Assembly: GCA_043719805.1 (NCBI GenBank)
Contig: JAYSTI010000001.1
Location: 215,770-279,769 of the forward strand
Source of the DNA: Candidatus Lloydbacteria bacterium
GTDB taxonomy: Bacteria; Patescibacteriota; Minisyncoccia; Phycocordibacterales; UBA6899
Length of the DNA stretch: 64,000 nt
Direction: 5' to 3'
Shown one piece after another: positions 1 through 9,410 of the stretch. The notes beneath the pieces are model-generated. The model worked only from the letters and a program-made list of their open reading frames with translations. It was not told the DNA's origin and searched no databases. Within the stretch, counting starts at the first letter, position 1; each line of letters begins with the position of its first letter. Made by a program: the position numbers and the translations under genes.

Positions 1-2648
1 CGGTCGGGATATGTGGTGCCACCTAGATTGGGGGTAAGTATTCTGTCCACAGTTCCATTCCCGTCAATATCTACGGTCAGAGGGGTTGCGCTTGTTGGAT
101 CACTCTCGGGAGGCATAGTGAATGTTGCAACCGTGCTCGGGGATACGGGGATGGAGGCGAAGGTGGTACTTGCGAGCACCTCGTCGCCGCGTCTGCGTTC
201 TACATCTAAACTAAACGTGCCTGTGGCATATCCGTGAAGGGACAGATGCTGTGCTACCCCTGCATCAGCAATAATGTATTTCACATCCCCCAGTGTGCCA
301 TAGCGAGAGCCGGGGATGTTTTGCTCCAGCATTCCGGATGTCGTTGAAATGCCGGTGTGATTTCCTAGCGCATCGTAGAGGTCGAGAGTAAGCGGGGAAT
401 GAAGGGTGTAAATGTATTCTGTACTTAATTTTTCACTGAGTGCGGCGGTAGAAGTTGCGATGTAGTTGAGCGGGGGCAACGATGCGTTGGTGAGTTTGGA
501 TTTAATTAATTCGATAAGAGACTGAACTTCCGTGATGTTTTTATGATCTCGGTCAATATTTCCCGCTGTTGCTGAGTTATATTTCCACAAATCCACCCAA
601 TATCTCTCCACATTCGGAGAACTCGTCGACATCCAAAGAGCGCTCGGCACCACAACCGTACCGTCTCCTTCGGTGGTGAAGTTCGGCCTATATTTTTTCA
701 CCTCGTAGTAAGGGCCGCATTCTTCGTGCGAGCCAATCGAATATGTATTTTGAACTATCCTGCAGTCTTGTTTCTCTTCAGTGTAATAACTCACACCAGA
801 AATAGTCGACTCACCCCAACCTGCGATTTGAATTACCCGTGTCGATGTCGCGGGTTGCCAATCGTCGATCTGTGCGTGAGTCATTAATGCTTGATCAAGG
901 AGGCCCTCTTTGAGCACATTTGGTGCATCAGGATCATTGTCGGCGGGCTCGGTGCGACCCTCGCTTCCCAAAAGAAATCCACGGAGTTCTGTCATATTGC
1001 TTACCAACAAGCCATAGCGTGCACGCTCATTTGCATACAGGGGGGAATTGGTGAATGTGACGAGCTTGCTCGTGATGGATGAGTAGCTCACTGTGTCAAA
1101 ATATTTTTGTGACGGCATAAGCGCATAACCGCTCGGCATGTTTTCTCCCAATGTGCGCGCGTGCATCTCATCAAGAAAAACCGATATACCGAGATCAGTG
1201 CCGTGCAGAAGTCCGCCAACGGCCTTTGGTGTTCCGATTTGCGGAACCGCAACGAGAATCAGATTGTCGACCAGGTCTTCCCTCCCCATTTCACGCAGTT
1301 TCAGCATGAGTCGCTTTGCGACCAAGCCCCCATTTGAATGCGCGATAATCGTCACCTTCTTGGTGCGTGACGAGCTCGCCATGCGGAGGAATTCATCGAG
1401 GATATATGTACCCGGTGCCCCACCATAAAATACCTTGTCACCATCACGGACTCCCTTCTCAAGCACATCATCGATAGAAAGCCGCCAGTCGTATGGTGTG
1501 ACGGCAAAATCCCTAATTATGCGCTCATCATCCCTCCAAGATTTCAGATCTTTGAGAAATGTTTTGTATATATTTGTTCCTGCAATCGGAAGTGGTACTT
1601 CCTCGAGCGGTCCGCGAATGATGCTTGTATAGATATTGCCAAGGATACTTGAGCCCATGGGATTCAAATAGAGTTTCTCCGCGTCGGCATCACTGTTGGC
1701 AAGCCAGAGTTGATTTTCACAGCTAAGAAAGAGGCAATTTGGATCAGTCCAATATAGTCGACTTGCTTCTAAGCCTGGCAGAAACAGCACATTCGAATTG
1801 CAATTCTCAACCCCGGCACACGGGTCACCCGGCGTTTCATCCACGGGCGGCGACAAGAGCCACGGTGAGTAGTCCACCCGCGAAGAAACCAGATTCCCCA
1901 TGGAGATGATTCCTGCATATGTTGTCGGCCCACCAAATGCCCCCCACCAGTTATTCGTCGCATCGACAACCTTCATGCTTTCATTGAATATCCCATATAC
2001 GAGATTGTCATAAATACTCGAGTGATTCACCGAGAGCGTACCGTCAAGCACATGAATACCGTATTGCACGGTGTGTGCAATCTCCGAGTTCGTGATGGTG
2101 GTCGTTCCTGCCAACTGCTGTATGCCATAGGATTCATTGTGCACAATCCTGACGTGATTGAGACTGAGTATTCCGCCATCGTTCTTCACGAGCGAGCAGT
2201 TGGTACGCCACCCATAGGAGTTAAGTGCCGCGCCACCGTAGCGGATGGTGGTGTTCTCTATGGTCGTCCGTGAGCCGGGGTTGAGCATGATGCTGCACCA
2301 GTTTCCCGATGCGGGGACGGTTGAGCTACCGTCGTTATTCGTGTCGCCGCCCACCGAGTCGTCACTAATTGAGGTGATGACTACGGGGGCGCCACTCGGT
2401 GCGCCAATGATAAGCGTGCCGCTCACGTGGAGTGGAGAACCATCACGCATGACCTTCACAATAGTTCCGGGAAGGATGGTGAGGGTTGCGGCGGGGAGGA
2501 TACTGACGCCGGTCACAATGTATGGACTGTCTGCCGCGGTCCATGTCGTATCACTCACTATCGGGCCGGACACTTCTGTGGCGGCGAGGGCGGGGGTCCA
2601 TGCGAGGAGGGAGAGGAGGGTGGAGAGCGCTACGGCGGACTTGCGCAT
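1..2648 (-). CDS. Large secreted protein: beta-helix-like N-terminus plus LCAT-like alpha/beta hydrolase (runs off the left edge)
   Basis: Manual translation from ATG at 2648: signal peptide MRKSAVALSTLLSLLAWTPALA, DATNNWWG motif, VLFLPGLEASRL, PYDWRL, lipase-box AHSNGG, VAVPQIGTPKA; no stop seen before window edge, so absent from the ORF track. Confidence 0.75.
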   Translation of the reverse strand, partial: MRKSAVALSTLLSLLAWTPALAATEVSGPIVSDTTWTAADSPYIVTGVSILPAATLTILPGTIVKVMRDGSPLHVSGTLIIGAPSGAPVVITSISDDSVGGDTNNDGSSTVPASGNWCSIMLNPGSRTTIENTTIRYGGAALNSYGWRTNCSLVKNDGGILSLNHVRIVHNESYGIQQLAGTTTITNSEIAHTVQYGIHVLDGTLSVNHSSIYDNLVYGIFNESMKVVDATNNWWGAFGGPTTYAGIISMGNLVSSRVDYSPWLLSPPVDETPGDPCAGVENCNSNVLFLPGLEASRLYWTDPNCLFLSCENQLWLANSDADAEKLYLNPMGSSILGNIYTSIIRGPLEEVPLPIAGTNIYKTFLKDLKSWRDDERIIRDFAVTPYDWRLSIDDVLEKGVRDGDKVFYGGAPGTYILDEFLRMASSSRTKKVTIIAHSNGGLVAKRLMLKLREMGREDLVDNLILVAVPQIGTPKAVGGLLHGTDLGISVFLDEMHARTLGENMPSGYALMPSQKYFDTVSYSSITSKLVTFTNSPLYANERARYGLLVSNMTELRGFLLGSEGRTEPADNDPDAPNVLKEGLLDQALMTHAQIDDWQPATSTRVIQIAGWGESTISGVSYYTEEKQDCRIVQNTYSIGSHEECGPYYEVKKYRPNFTTEGDGTVVVPSALWMSTSSPNVERYWVDLWKYNSATAGNIDRDHKNITEVQSLIELIKSKLTNASLPPLNYIATSTAALSEKLSTEYIYTLHSPLTLDLYDALGNHTGISTTSGMLEQNIPGSRYGTLGDVKYIIADAGVAQHLSLHGYATGTFSLDVERRRGDEVLASTTFASIPVSPSTVATFTMPPESDPTSATPLTVDIDGNGTVDRILTPNLGGTTYPD

Positions 2649-2758
2649 GGTGGTGGTGTAGTTAGTGTGTATTGGTCCTTAAACTACTCCATGGGACGTG
2701 GAATGCAAGGAGGTGCGGAATTTGGCCACATTGTTTAACTTTGCACCATTGTGCACAT

Positions 2759-2870
2759 GCCCTCGACTCATCCAAGGCCACGCGTGAGCTCGGCTGGAAA
2801 CCACTGAAGGATTTTGAACAAGGACTCAAGGAAACATTCGACCACTACCGCGCCTTGAAGTAGTAAAACA
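2759..2870 (+). repeat. Copy 1 of duplicated 3' end of a dTDP-glucose 4,6-dehydratase (RfbB-like) gene
   Basis: Encodes ALDSSKATRELGWKPLKDFEQGLKETFDHYRALK*; similar to 4063-4168 and 4855-5017. Confidence 0.85.
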
Positions 2871-2905
2871 GTGTGGCTCGACTCTTCTTGTTTTGCTACT
2901 CCGAA

Positions 2906-3961
2906 TTAGACGGTCTTCTTGGCTTCGTTTTTCGCTCGCTCAATCATGAAATGCACCACGGGGAGCATGTTGGTTTCCTGAAGCGCGATATGGGGATATT
3001 TGCGCGCAAAGACGCGGTATATCTCGTCGGCAAATGCCTGCCCCACAACCGGAACTTTAGCAAAATCAAAAACTATGACTTTAAATTTTTCCAAACCCGA
3101 AAGAATTCGACGTGCCTGAGAGCGTGAAATATGTACCCCTGCCGCCGCATAAAGGTTGACGCGGACTTCAGTCTTGTCAAAACCATAATCACTCTCATCC
3201 CCGATGTTCGTATATTTTCTAAACACATCACTTAAATGTTGCGATGCAGAAACGTTAAGTTGAAAGGTGACCCTCGTGCCCTTTTTTCGTTGTTTCACTT
3301 GCTCGATAAATACATCTTTAATTGTATTGTCCATGGTGACGCGATACCCAAAGCTCTCTAGGAGAAAGGTATCCCCTATCTTTGAAGTGAAAAATATACC
3401 TTCACCGGAATGAGACGTCGGCATTGTCGTCGTTTTCCCCTTTAAGAGATCCTGAATCGCCTCCAACTCCGAGTGGAGAGATTTCTTCTGCATGATATTT
3501 TTGAATATACCCACCCCGGAATCCTCGATGATAAACGTAAGTATTTTGCCGCGCGCCAACACGTCAACGTGTACTACTGTTGACCGTGAATGTTCGATCG
3601 CGTTGTTTAACATCTCGGAAAATGCAAATGCGAAAATACTTCTAATATTTTCCGGCATTTTTTTTAATTTGGAAAATTTACTTTCCACGTCGTTCAATAC
3701 ATTGTGTTCTTCAAGCGCGACATTTCGAAATGTTTTTGTGTATGACGCGGGAAAAATCTCCGGATGTTTTCGTGCGTATTCCGGAAGTACGTAAAATGCA
3801 CTTCTTGTAGACCCAATTTTTACAAGTCGCTGCTCACGAACAAGTTCTCCGACAAGTGCGCTTGCGTACTGTCGAGAAACACCAAAGGATGCGACGAGAT
3901 GGCTCGTGAGTATCTTCCCTACAGCTTTGCCTCTCTTCAATATTTCACCTTTCGTCAGCAT
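2906..3961 (-). CDS. wHTH + HATPase_c + STAS-like (DUF4325-type) protein
   Basis: N-terminal HTH (FGVSRQYASALV), EMLNNAIEHS / DSGVGIF / HSGEGIFF ATPase motifs, C-terminal ISRSQARRIL..FDFAKV..GQAFADEIYR. Confidence 0.8.
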   Translation of the reverse strand: MLTKGEILKRGKAVGKILTSHLVASFGVSRQYASALVGELVREQRLVKIGSTRSAFYVLPEYARKHPEIFPASYTKTFRNVALEEHNVLNDVESKFSKLKKMPENIRSIFAFAFSEMLNNAIEHSRSTVVHVDVLARGKILTFIIEDSGVGIFKNIMQKKSLHSELEAIQDLLKGKTTTMPTSHSGEGIFFTSKIGDTFLLESFGYRVTMDNTIKDVFIEQVKQRKKGTRVTFQLNVSASQHLSDVFRKYTNIGDESDYGFDKTEVRVNLYAAAGVHISRSQARRILSGLEKFKVIVFDFAKVPVVGQAFADEIYRVFARKYPHIALQETNMLPVVHFMIERAKNEAKKTV

Positions 3962-3995
3962 GTTGCAAGACAATTGTAAACCAAGATAGGATTAA

Positions 3996-4013
3996 TTGTC
4001 AAGTAATTGACAA
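3996..4013. promoter_or_regulatory. Inverted repeat TTGTCAA-GTAA-TTGACAA upstream of the wHTH/ATPase gene (candidate operator)
   Basis: Perfect 7-bp arms containing TTGACA on both strands. Confidence 0.45.
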
Positions 4014-4062
4014 CCCCCCACGGCGTCAGTATGCGCGGAAAACGAACTTCGGAGCAACGACA

Positions 4063-4168
4063 TCCGCTACGCCCTCGACTCATCCAAAGCCACCCGCGAA
4101 CTCGACTGGAAGTCGCTAAAGAATTTCGAGTAAGCACTCAAAGAAACGTTCAGCCACTATGACACTCT
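4063..4168 (+). repeat. Copy 2 (degenerate, internal stop) of RfbB-like 3' end
   Basis: RYALDSSKATRELDWKSLKNFE*ALKETFSHY. Confidence 0.8.
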
Positions 4169-4177
4169 GGGGTGCAG

Positions 4178-4435
4178 CTACCGATAAACATCCTTGCGAT
4201 GCTGAATACGAAGGATGATTATGGCATGCCTATCGAGGTCGAAGATGATACGAAAATTGCCGACACGGAGACGATACTCCCCCGCAACATGATTATGTAA
4301 TTTCTTCGCCACTACGCCAATGTCGCCCAGCGAAGCAAAATGGACGAGCTTTTTATGCAATAGCCGTCGCACTGTTATGTTTTGTTTTTCAATATCCTTC
4401 TGCGCCCCCCTTGTGAACAATACTTTATACGGCAT
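4178..4435 (-). CDS. RelE/ParE family toxin
   Basis: 85 aa, YKVLFT..AQKDI, GEYRLRVGNFRIIF, IQHRKDVYR. Confidence 0.9.
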   Translation of the reverse strand: MPYKVLFTRGAQKDIEKQNITVRRLLHKKLVHFASLGDIGVVAKKLHNHVAGEYRLRVGNFRIIFDLDRHAIIILRIQHRKDVYR

Positions 4436-4438
4436 ACA

Positions 4439-4693
4439 CTAGACAATGTCTGCAAAGAGGTCGTGCATGTTCACCACATCCCCTTTTGCGTACTCTTTGC
4501 GCGCAGTCCTGATGCTCGCCAAAAACACCTTGTCTCTTGCCGATAGAAGATCCTCAAACTCATCTATACCCATCAATACCGCAGTGGGAATAGCCCGCTC
4601 AGTGATTACAAGCGGCATCTTGCTTGATTTCACGTGATCCATACTTACCTTGAAATTACTTCGCAGTGCTGTGGCGTTGATTGTTTTTATCAT
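4439..4693 (-). CDS. Phd/YefM family antitoxin
   Basis: INATALRSNF..PLVITER..AVLMGIDEFE; directly upstream of the toxin. Confidence 0.85.
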   Translation of the reverse strand: MIKTINATALRSNFKVSMDHVKSSKMPLVITERAIPTAVLMGIDEFEDLLSARDKVFLASIRTARKEYAKGDVVNMHDLFADIV

Positions 4694-4701
4694 ATACAGA
4701 C

Positions 4702-4730
4702 AGAATATACACTCCAGTTGTACATGTCAA
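4702..4730 (-). promoter_or_regulatory. sigma70 promoter of the TA operon with a TGTACA palindrome
   Basis: TTGACA-N17-TATTCT on the minus strand; TGTACA (4719-4724) matches the known YefM operator core. Confidence 0.55.
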
Positions 4731-4854
4731 ATGTACGGTCTGCGGGGAGGCCACACAGCAAACATGCGGTGAAATTAAGATATTAATCCAAAGTGTTAGT
4801 AAATTCATGTAAATTTGTAAAGTTCATATGTGCAATTCGCAAATATCATGCCTT

Positions 4855-5017
4855 GACGGCCTCGGCCACGATACCTTCCCGCACTACGGCAGACGGGTCC
4901 GCTACGCCCTTGATTCGCGTAAGGCCACGCGTGAGCTCTGCTGGAAACCACTGAAGGATTTTGAACAGGGGCTCAAAGAAACATTCGACCACTACCGCTC
5001 CCTCAAATAACAAAACA
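4855..5017 (+). repeat. Copy 3 of RfbB-like 3' end, followed by a hairpin
   Basis: DGLGHD...RYALDSRKATRELCWKPLKDFEQGLKETFDHYRSLK*; hairpin ACATCCGC-GA-GCGGATGT immediately after. Confidence 0.85.
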
Positions 5018-5036
5018 TCCGCGAGCGGATGTCTTG

Positions 5037-5312
5037 TTATTGGCACAATTTTTTATAATATTCAATTTGCTTCTCAATCAAGATGTTCTGGTCATAGTGG
5101 ACAAGCGCATGAGCCCTCGCTGCATCACTCATATCAGCCCACATTTCAGGATCTTCCATAAATTTGAGAATTGCATTCGCCATTGAATCGGGATTATTTT
5201 CTTCTCCGAGGTATCCGTTCTTTCCGTCCTCAACCTGCTCCGGAAAACCGCTGTGGCGTGTCGCCACCACGGGAAGTCCTGTCGCTAGTGCTTGTGAAAT
5301 TACTGTATTCAT
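5037..5312 (-). CDS. C-terminal part of a split WcaL-like GT4 glycosyltransferase
   Basis: ISQALATGLPVVATRHSGFPEQVEDGKNGYL continues the GT4 sequence of 5318-6292. Confidence 0.7.
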   Translation of the reverse strand: MNTVISQALATGLPVVATRHSGFPEQVEDGKNGYLGEENNPDSMANAILKFMEDPEMWADMSDAARAHALVHYDQNILIEKQIEYYKKLCQ

Positions 5313-5317
5313 AATTA

Positions 5318-6292
5318 TTATTCCATATCACCGTTCGCTGCGGTCTTCGACGTCTGCACGTACAACTGCATTTGTAAAAAATATTGAATGATATCTTCCA
5401 CCTTCATGTACCCCCTCCACTCAACTACATCCATTACGCCGAGCGAGGTCGCAAGATTGCGTAACTTTTCCTCCGCCTCCTTTGGCCCGCCCACAATGTG
5501 ACACACGAATTTTTGCTTGGCCTTCGACTTCAGAAGTGCCAGTGCGCGCAACAAATCATCAAACCCCTTTTTCTCAACAAAGCGGCCGACAGAGAGCATG
5601 TGAAAGATCCCATCTTTCGCAACCTCGCGCCTTGCAAACGGATACGAAACAACATCGATCGACACCGGCAGGGAAATAACCTTTGCGGGGTCAAACCCGA
5701 GTGCGACCACGCGTTCCTTCATGTTTTCCGACATCGTAAAGAAGAGAGATGCCTCATTGCGTAATCGATCGTAATAATGCACTCCTTTTTGCTGTATGCT
5801 TTGGCTCACGTCTGCCCCGTAGAAGGTAACGACCATACGTTGAGGTAACTTAAGAATCTCGCGAATGACAAGAAATTTATTCGCAATCGGCCCAAAATGA
5901 CAATGCACAAGATCAAATGCTTCTCCAATGAAGGGCTCAGCCCAAAAAATGGTTTTCCCCGACAGCGCATTGCGTCCATACTTGAATACGTTTGCCGCTC
6001 GTAAAAGTGCCATCGGATTCTTTGCGAGCAGATGAACCTTCTTCGGAATGATGTGTGCCATACGCGACAACAGCCCCTTTGGCATTTCGAGCACCTTAGT
6101 TCGTAATTGCATCTTGTGTGAAAAATATCGATCAGAGATATTCTCCAAACTTCCCTGCCTGAAAGTGAATATCGTCACATCAATCCCACGATCGATGAGG
6201 TCCGCAATCTGATTAATAATAAACGTCTCAGACACAACGGGAAATATCCCGACAACAAACGCAACGCGTATTTTCTTTGAATCAACTTTCAT
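5318..6292 (-). CDS. WcaL-like GT4 glycosyltransferase, N-terminal part
   Basis: FPVVSETFIINQI, HCHFGP, VGRFVEKKGFD, ends SKTAANGDME then TAA TAA. Confidence 0.8.
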   Translation of the reverse strand: MKVDSKKIRVAFVVGIFPVVSETFIINQIADLIDRGIDVTIFTFRQGSLENISDRYFSHKMQLRTKVLEMPKGLLSRMAHIIPKKVHLLAKNPMALLRAANVFKYGRNALSGKTIFWAEPFIGEAFDLVHCHFGPIANKFLVIREILKLPQRMVVTFYGADVSQSIQQKGVHYYDRLRNEASLFFTMSENMKERVVALGFDPAKVISLPVSIDVVSYPFARREVAKDGIFHMLSVGRFVEKKGFDDLLRALALLKSKAKQKFVCHIVGGPKEAEEKLRNLATSLGVMDVVEWRGYMKVEDIIQYFLQMQLYVQTSKTAANGDME

Positions 6293-6327
6293 TGCCTTAG
6301 CTTAGCAGAAAAATTCACACAAATTGA

Positions 6328-6356
6328 TTGACATTCTTTTGTATATATGATAAAAT
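6328..6356 (+). promoter_or_regulatory. sigma70 promoter
   Basis: TTGACA-N17-TAAAAT with TG extension upstream of 6393. Confidence 0.7.
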
Positions 6357-6392
6357 TTATGTAGAATTTTTGAACTCAAAATAGGATTTTCC

Positions 6393-6989
6393 ATGAGCAA
6401 AGATGTCGTTGACTTCATGCGAAACGCAAGCTGGGAAGAACTTGGCCCGATACTTCAGATTGTCGCAGACCGCGTCAACGAGAGCCGACGCGGGACGGGT
6501 GGCAATACGCCTCGTCCGATCTGGAGGGCATGTGTGGAGCTGGGGCCCTCTTATGCGTGTATCGAAATCGTGCTTTGGGTCAAAGATGACTCTGGAGAAA
6601 CCGTTGGCGTAGCCCTCAAAAAACGCGAAATGAGCGACCAGGGATGGGCTGGGAGCGAGCACGTAAATGGCTGCGCACTACGTCCGAACGATGACCTCGC
6701 GCGTGCTCAAGAGCGACTACTCGACGAGCTCACAGACGATGCTTGCCTGCGAGAACAACTCCGTACGTCATTCGAATCCCGGCATGCATTCATCGAAGTG
6801 CACCGGGAAGACCCCGAACGAAGCGTCAATTGCATGACCGCTGTTTGGGAAGCGTGGGTTCCCCTCTCTGCCATGACGCTCCTTAAGCCGGGATTTGTCT
6901 TTCGTCCGCTCAGCCAAATGTCAGCTGACGCGATTGTTGATCACCATCAGACCACGCTCGCGGACATGTACGCGAGCAGACTACGCTGA
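6393..6989 (+). CDS. Hypothetical protein, possibly a degenerate Nudix fold
   Basis: CIEIVL..ALKKRE..WAGSEHVNGCALRPNDDLARAQERLLDEL resembles a Nudix box region; has its own promoter and terminator. Confidence 0.5.
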   Translation: MSKDVVDFMRNASWEELGPILQIVADRVNESRRGTGGNTPRPIWRACVELGPSYACIEIVLWVKDDSGETVGVALKKREMSDQGWAGSEHVNGCALRPNDDLARAQERLLDELTDDACLREQLRTSFESRHAFIEVHREDPERSVNCMTAVWEAWVPLSAMTLLKPGFVFRPLSQMSADAIVDHHQTTLADMYASRLR

Positions 6990-7004
6990 AAACAGCAATT
7001 CACG

Positions 7005-7027
7005 CCGAGGCAATCCCTCGGCTTTTC
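7005..7027 (+). terminator. Intrinsic terminator
   Basis: GCCGAGG-CAATC-CCTCGGC-TTTT. Confidence 0.65.
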
Positions 7028-8133
7028 TATTTGCCTGCAAAAAAATCCTTTACTGCGTTGATGACTGCTTGCTGGTCAGCCACTGATAGTTCGGGATAAA
7101 TTGGGAGTGAGAGTATCTCGCCCGAGATCGCTTCAGCGTTCGGGAACATCCCTATTTTGTATTTCAAAAATCGATACGCCTCTTGTGCCGGAACGAGCAT
7201 GGGATAATGGACCGACGTCGCAATACCACACTTCTTCAGATGCTCCTGAAGTGCGCTACGTTCTTTTGTGCGTATCACAAAGAGATGCCAAACGGGATGA
7301 TGCGCCCTATCTTCTGCAGGAGGAAGCACGATCGGTAGATACGAAAATGCCTTGAGATATCGACATGCGATCTGTGCGCGTTTCTTGTTCCAAGAAGGAA
7401 GTTTTGTAAGCGACCAAGAGAGAAGCGCAGCCTGCATCTCGTCGAGCCTGCTATTGATACCCTCGATTGCATTTTTGTATTTTGCGACCTCGCCATAATT
7501 ACGAAGTTGCCACATGCGCTCAGCGAGCTCTTTGCTGTTGGTCCCAACAGCGCCTCCGTCGCCAAATGCACCAAGATTCTTTGTTGGATAGAAACTGAAG
7601 CATGCGATATCTCCAAATGTACCGACCATGCGCTTCCCGATTCGCGCGCCCACCGCCTGTGCAACGTCCTCCACGACGAAGAGTTTGTGCTTCCGTGCGA
7701 CCCGCATGATCGCTCCCATATCCGCAGGATGTCCGTAGATGTGGACGGGCAATATCACCTTGGTTCTTTTTGTTATCTTCGCCTCAATATTTTTTGGGTT
7801 TATATTGTAGGTTGCAAGATCGATGTCAACAAATACGGGGGTCGCACCCGCCATGCGTATTGCGGATATTGTCGGTGTTGCCGTGTGCGGAGTCGTGATG
7901 ACCTCGTCCCCCTTCCCGACGCCAAGTGCCCGGAGTGCAAGGAATATCGCGTCAGTACCCGAGTTGACACCATACACATGTTTTAGTCCCGCGAACTCTG
8001 CAAACTTCTTTTCAAACTCCTCCCCCTCAACACCAAGAATGAACCATCCGCGCCTGAGAACACGCCGAATGGCAGCATCGATCGCTTTTTTATTATCTCT
8101 ATATTTCTTCTTGAAATCATTGAACGGTATCAT
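7027..8133 (-). CDS. DegT/DnrJ/EryC1/StrS aminotransferase (FdtB-like)
   Basis: NSGTDA, VHIYGHPADM, EDVAQAVG, SFYPTKNLGAFGDGG, NSRLDEMQAA. Confidence 0.95.
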   Translation of the reverse strand: MIPFNDFKKKYRDNKKAIDAAIRRVLRRGWFILGVEGEEFEKKFAEFAGLKHVYGVNSGTDAIFLALRALGVGKGDEVITTPHTATPTISAIRMAGATPVFVDIDLATYNINPKNIEAKITKRTKVILPVHIYGHPADMGAIMRVARKHKLFVVEDVAQAVGARIGKRMVGTFGDIACFSFYPTKNLGAFGDGGAVGTNSKELAERMWQLRNYGEVAKYKNAIEGINSRLDEMQAALLSWSLTKLPSWNKKRAQIACRYLKAFSYLPIVLPPAEDRAHHPVWHLFVIRTKERSALQEHLKKCGIATSVHYPMLVPAQEAYRFLKYKIGMFPNAEAISGEILSLPIYPELSVADQQAVINAVKDFFAGK

Positions 8134-9341
8134 GGGTGTGCTGCTGCGTAAGTCTTAAAATCTTCGTATTTTCGAATGTAATCTGGTTCGTCAAAATGGT
8201 CGGACGCAAGTACCAAGATAACGCAGTCTTTCGAAAATTGTCGCATGCTATGCCACAATTTTGGCCCCAGTCGAACACCAAAATCAGAAGAGTTAAGTAT
8301 GAACTTCTGATGTGTCGTTCCGTCATCGATGCGTAGCTGAAACGACCCACTTAAACAGAAGATAACCTGATCAAGCGTCTTGTGTGCATGTCCGCCACGC
8401 ACGGCATAAAAATCAGGGATGTCTTTTATCAGGTAAAAGCGCCTGATATCGAACGGTATACTCTTCTTCCCTTCTCCGGACATAAGTGTTCCTAATTCAG
8501 GGTTTTCCATGGAGGGGATCTGTACGATACCAGAATGTTTCACGCGAAGAGCAACTTTCTGCCCGACGGCAAACACCTCGAACCCCAAACGGCGGGAGAC
8601 TGACCTACCCGAAAGCAGATCGAGAAATTTCGTTCCCCGATTAATGGCACCGCCGATTAGCCTAAAGATTGGGTGGTGTATTTTCCATCGATAGACCCCG
8701 TAGGCAAAATAGAATCCGTCGATATTAATATTCTGCATGTAATATCGCTGAAACAGTTCCTGTAGTTCTCCACCTGAGAATGATCGCTCATGCCCATAGG
8801 AATATTCTTTCCCAAGTAGCCGTAACCCATTCTTGTACATAGTGTGCGGAAGATTCCATGAGTTCACTGCGGAGAGGATAAGCGTTCCCCCAGGTTTTAA
8901 TACGCGTATCATTTCTTTTACGGCATTTTGATACTGTGGGATATGCTGAATGACCGCATCACAAAACACAACATCGAATGCATCCTCGGCAAACGAGAGG
9001 CGGAAGGCATCTTCTTTTTGTACCGTCACATTAGTGAGGCCAAGTGCATTTTTGAGATTCATCATCCCCAAAATTGCAGTGTCCACAATGTCAGTAAGCG
9101 TCACGTGAGCGTCAGGAAACTCTGTGGCAAACTTTAATCCGTAACGCCCACTTCCTGCACCGATCTCCAAAATACTGCGTGCTCCTTCGGGAACGTACTT
9201 CTTAAACACAGGATACCCCTCAAGAAAAAGCCGCTGAAGAAAGATGTCATGCACACTCGGCGGATTGCCTCCCCACACCTCGCCCCACACGTCGTTGACT
9301 TGGTCTTGGGTGAGCGCTGGTTTTTTGTAATTATCCGTCAT
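8130..9341 (-). CDS. Class I SAM methyltransferase fused to an FdtA/WxcM-like cupin (sugar 3,4-ketoisomerase)
   Basis: LEIGAGSG motif; C-terminal IPFDIRRFY..RGGHAHKTLDQVIFCLSGSF..LWHSMRQFS..DYIRKY. Confidence 0.85.
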   Translation of the reverse strand: MTDNYKKPALTQDQVNDVWGEVWGGNPPSVHDIFLQRLFLEGYPVFKKYVPEGARSILEIGAGSGRYGLKFATEFPDAHVTLTDIVDTAILGMMNLKNALGLTNVTVQKEDAFRLSFAEDAFDVVFCDAVIQHIPQYQNAVKEMIRVLKPGGTLILSAVNSWNLPHTMYKNGLRLLGKEYSYGHERSFSGGELQELFQRYYMQNINIDGFYFAYGVYRWKIHHPIFRLIGGAINRGTKFLDLLSGRSVSRRLGFEVFAVGQKVALRVKHSGIVQIPSMENPELGTLMSGEGKKSIPFDIRRFYLIKDIPDFYAVRGGHAHKTLDQVIFCLSGSFQLRIDDGTTHQKFILNSSDFGVRLGPKLWHSMRQFSKDCVILVLASDHFDEPDYIRKYEDFKTYAAAHP

Positions 9342-9410
9342 TTTGTGCTTTTCTGTTGCGTATTTATAACTCGACCGACCGCGCAAGGTGGCATTTATAC
9401 AGAGAATACC

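Noticed and set aside
4798-4830. Three GTAAA direct repeats in an AT-rich spacer
   Set aside because: Too short and low-complexity to support a function.
2759-5017. CRISPR array or integron attC sites
   Set aside because: Repeats exceed 100 bp, are coding-derived, are spaced by whole genes and lack attC inverted-core structure; no cas or intI in the window.
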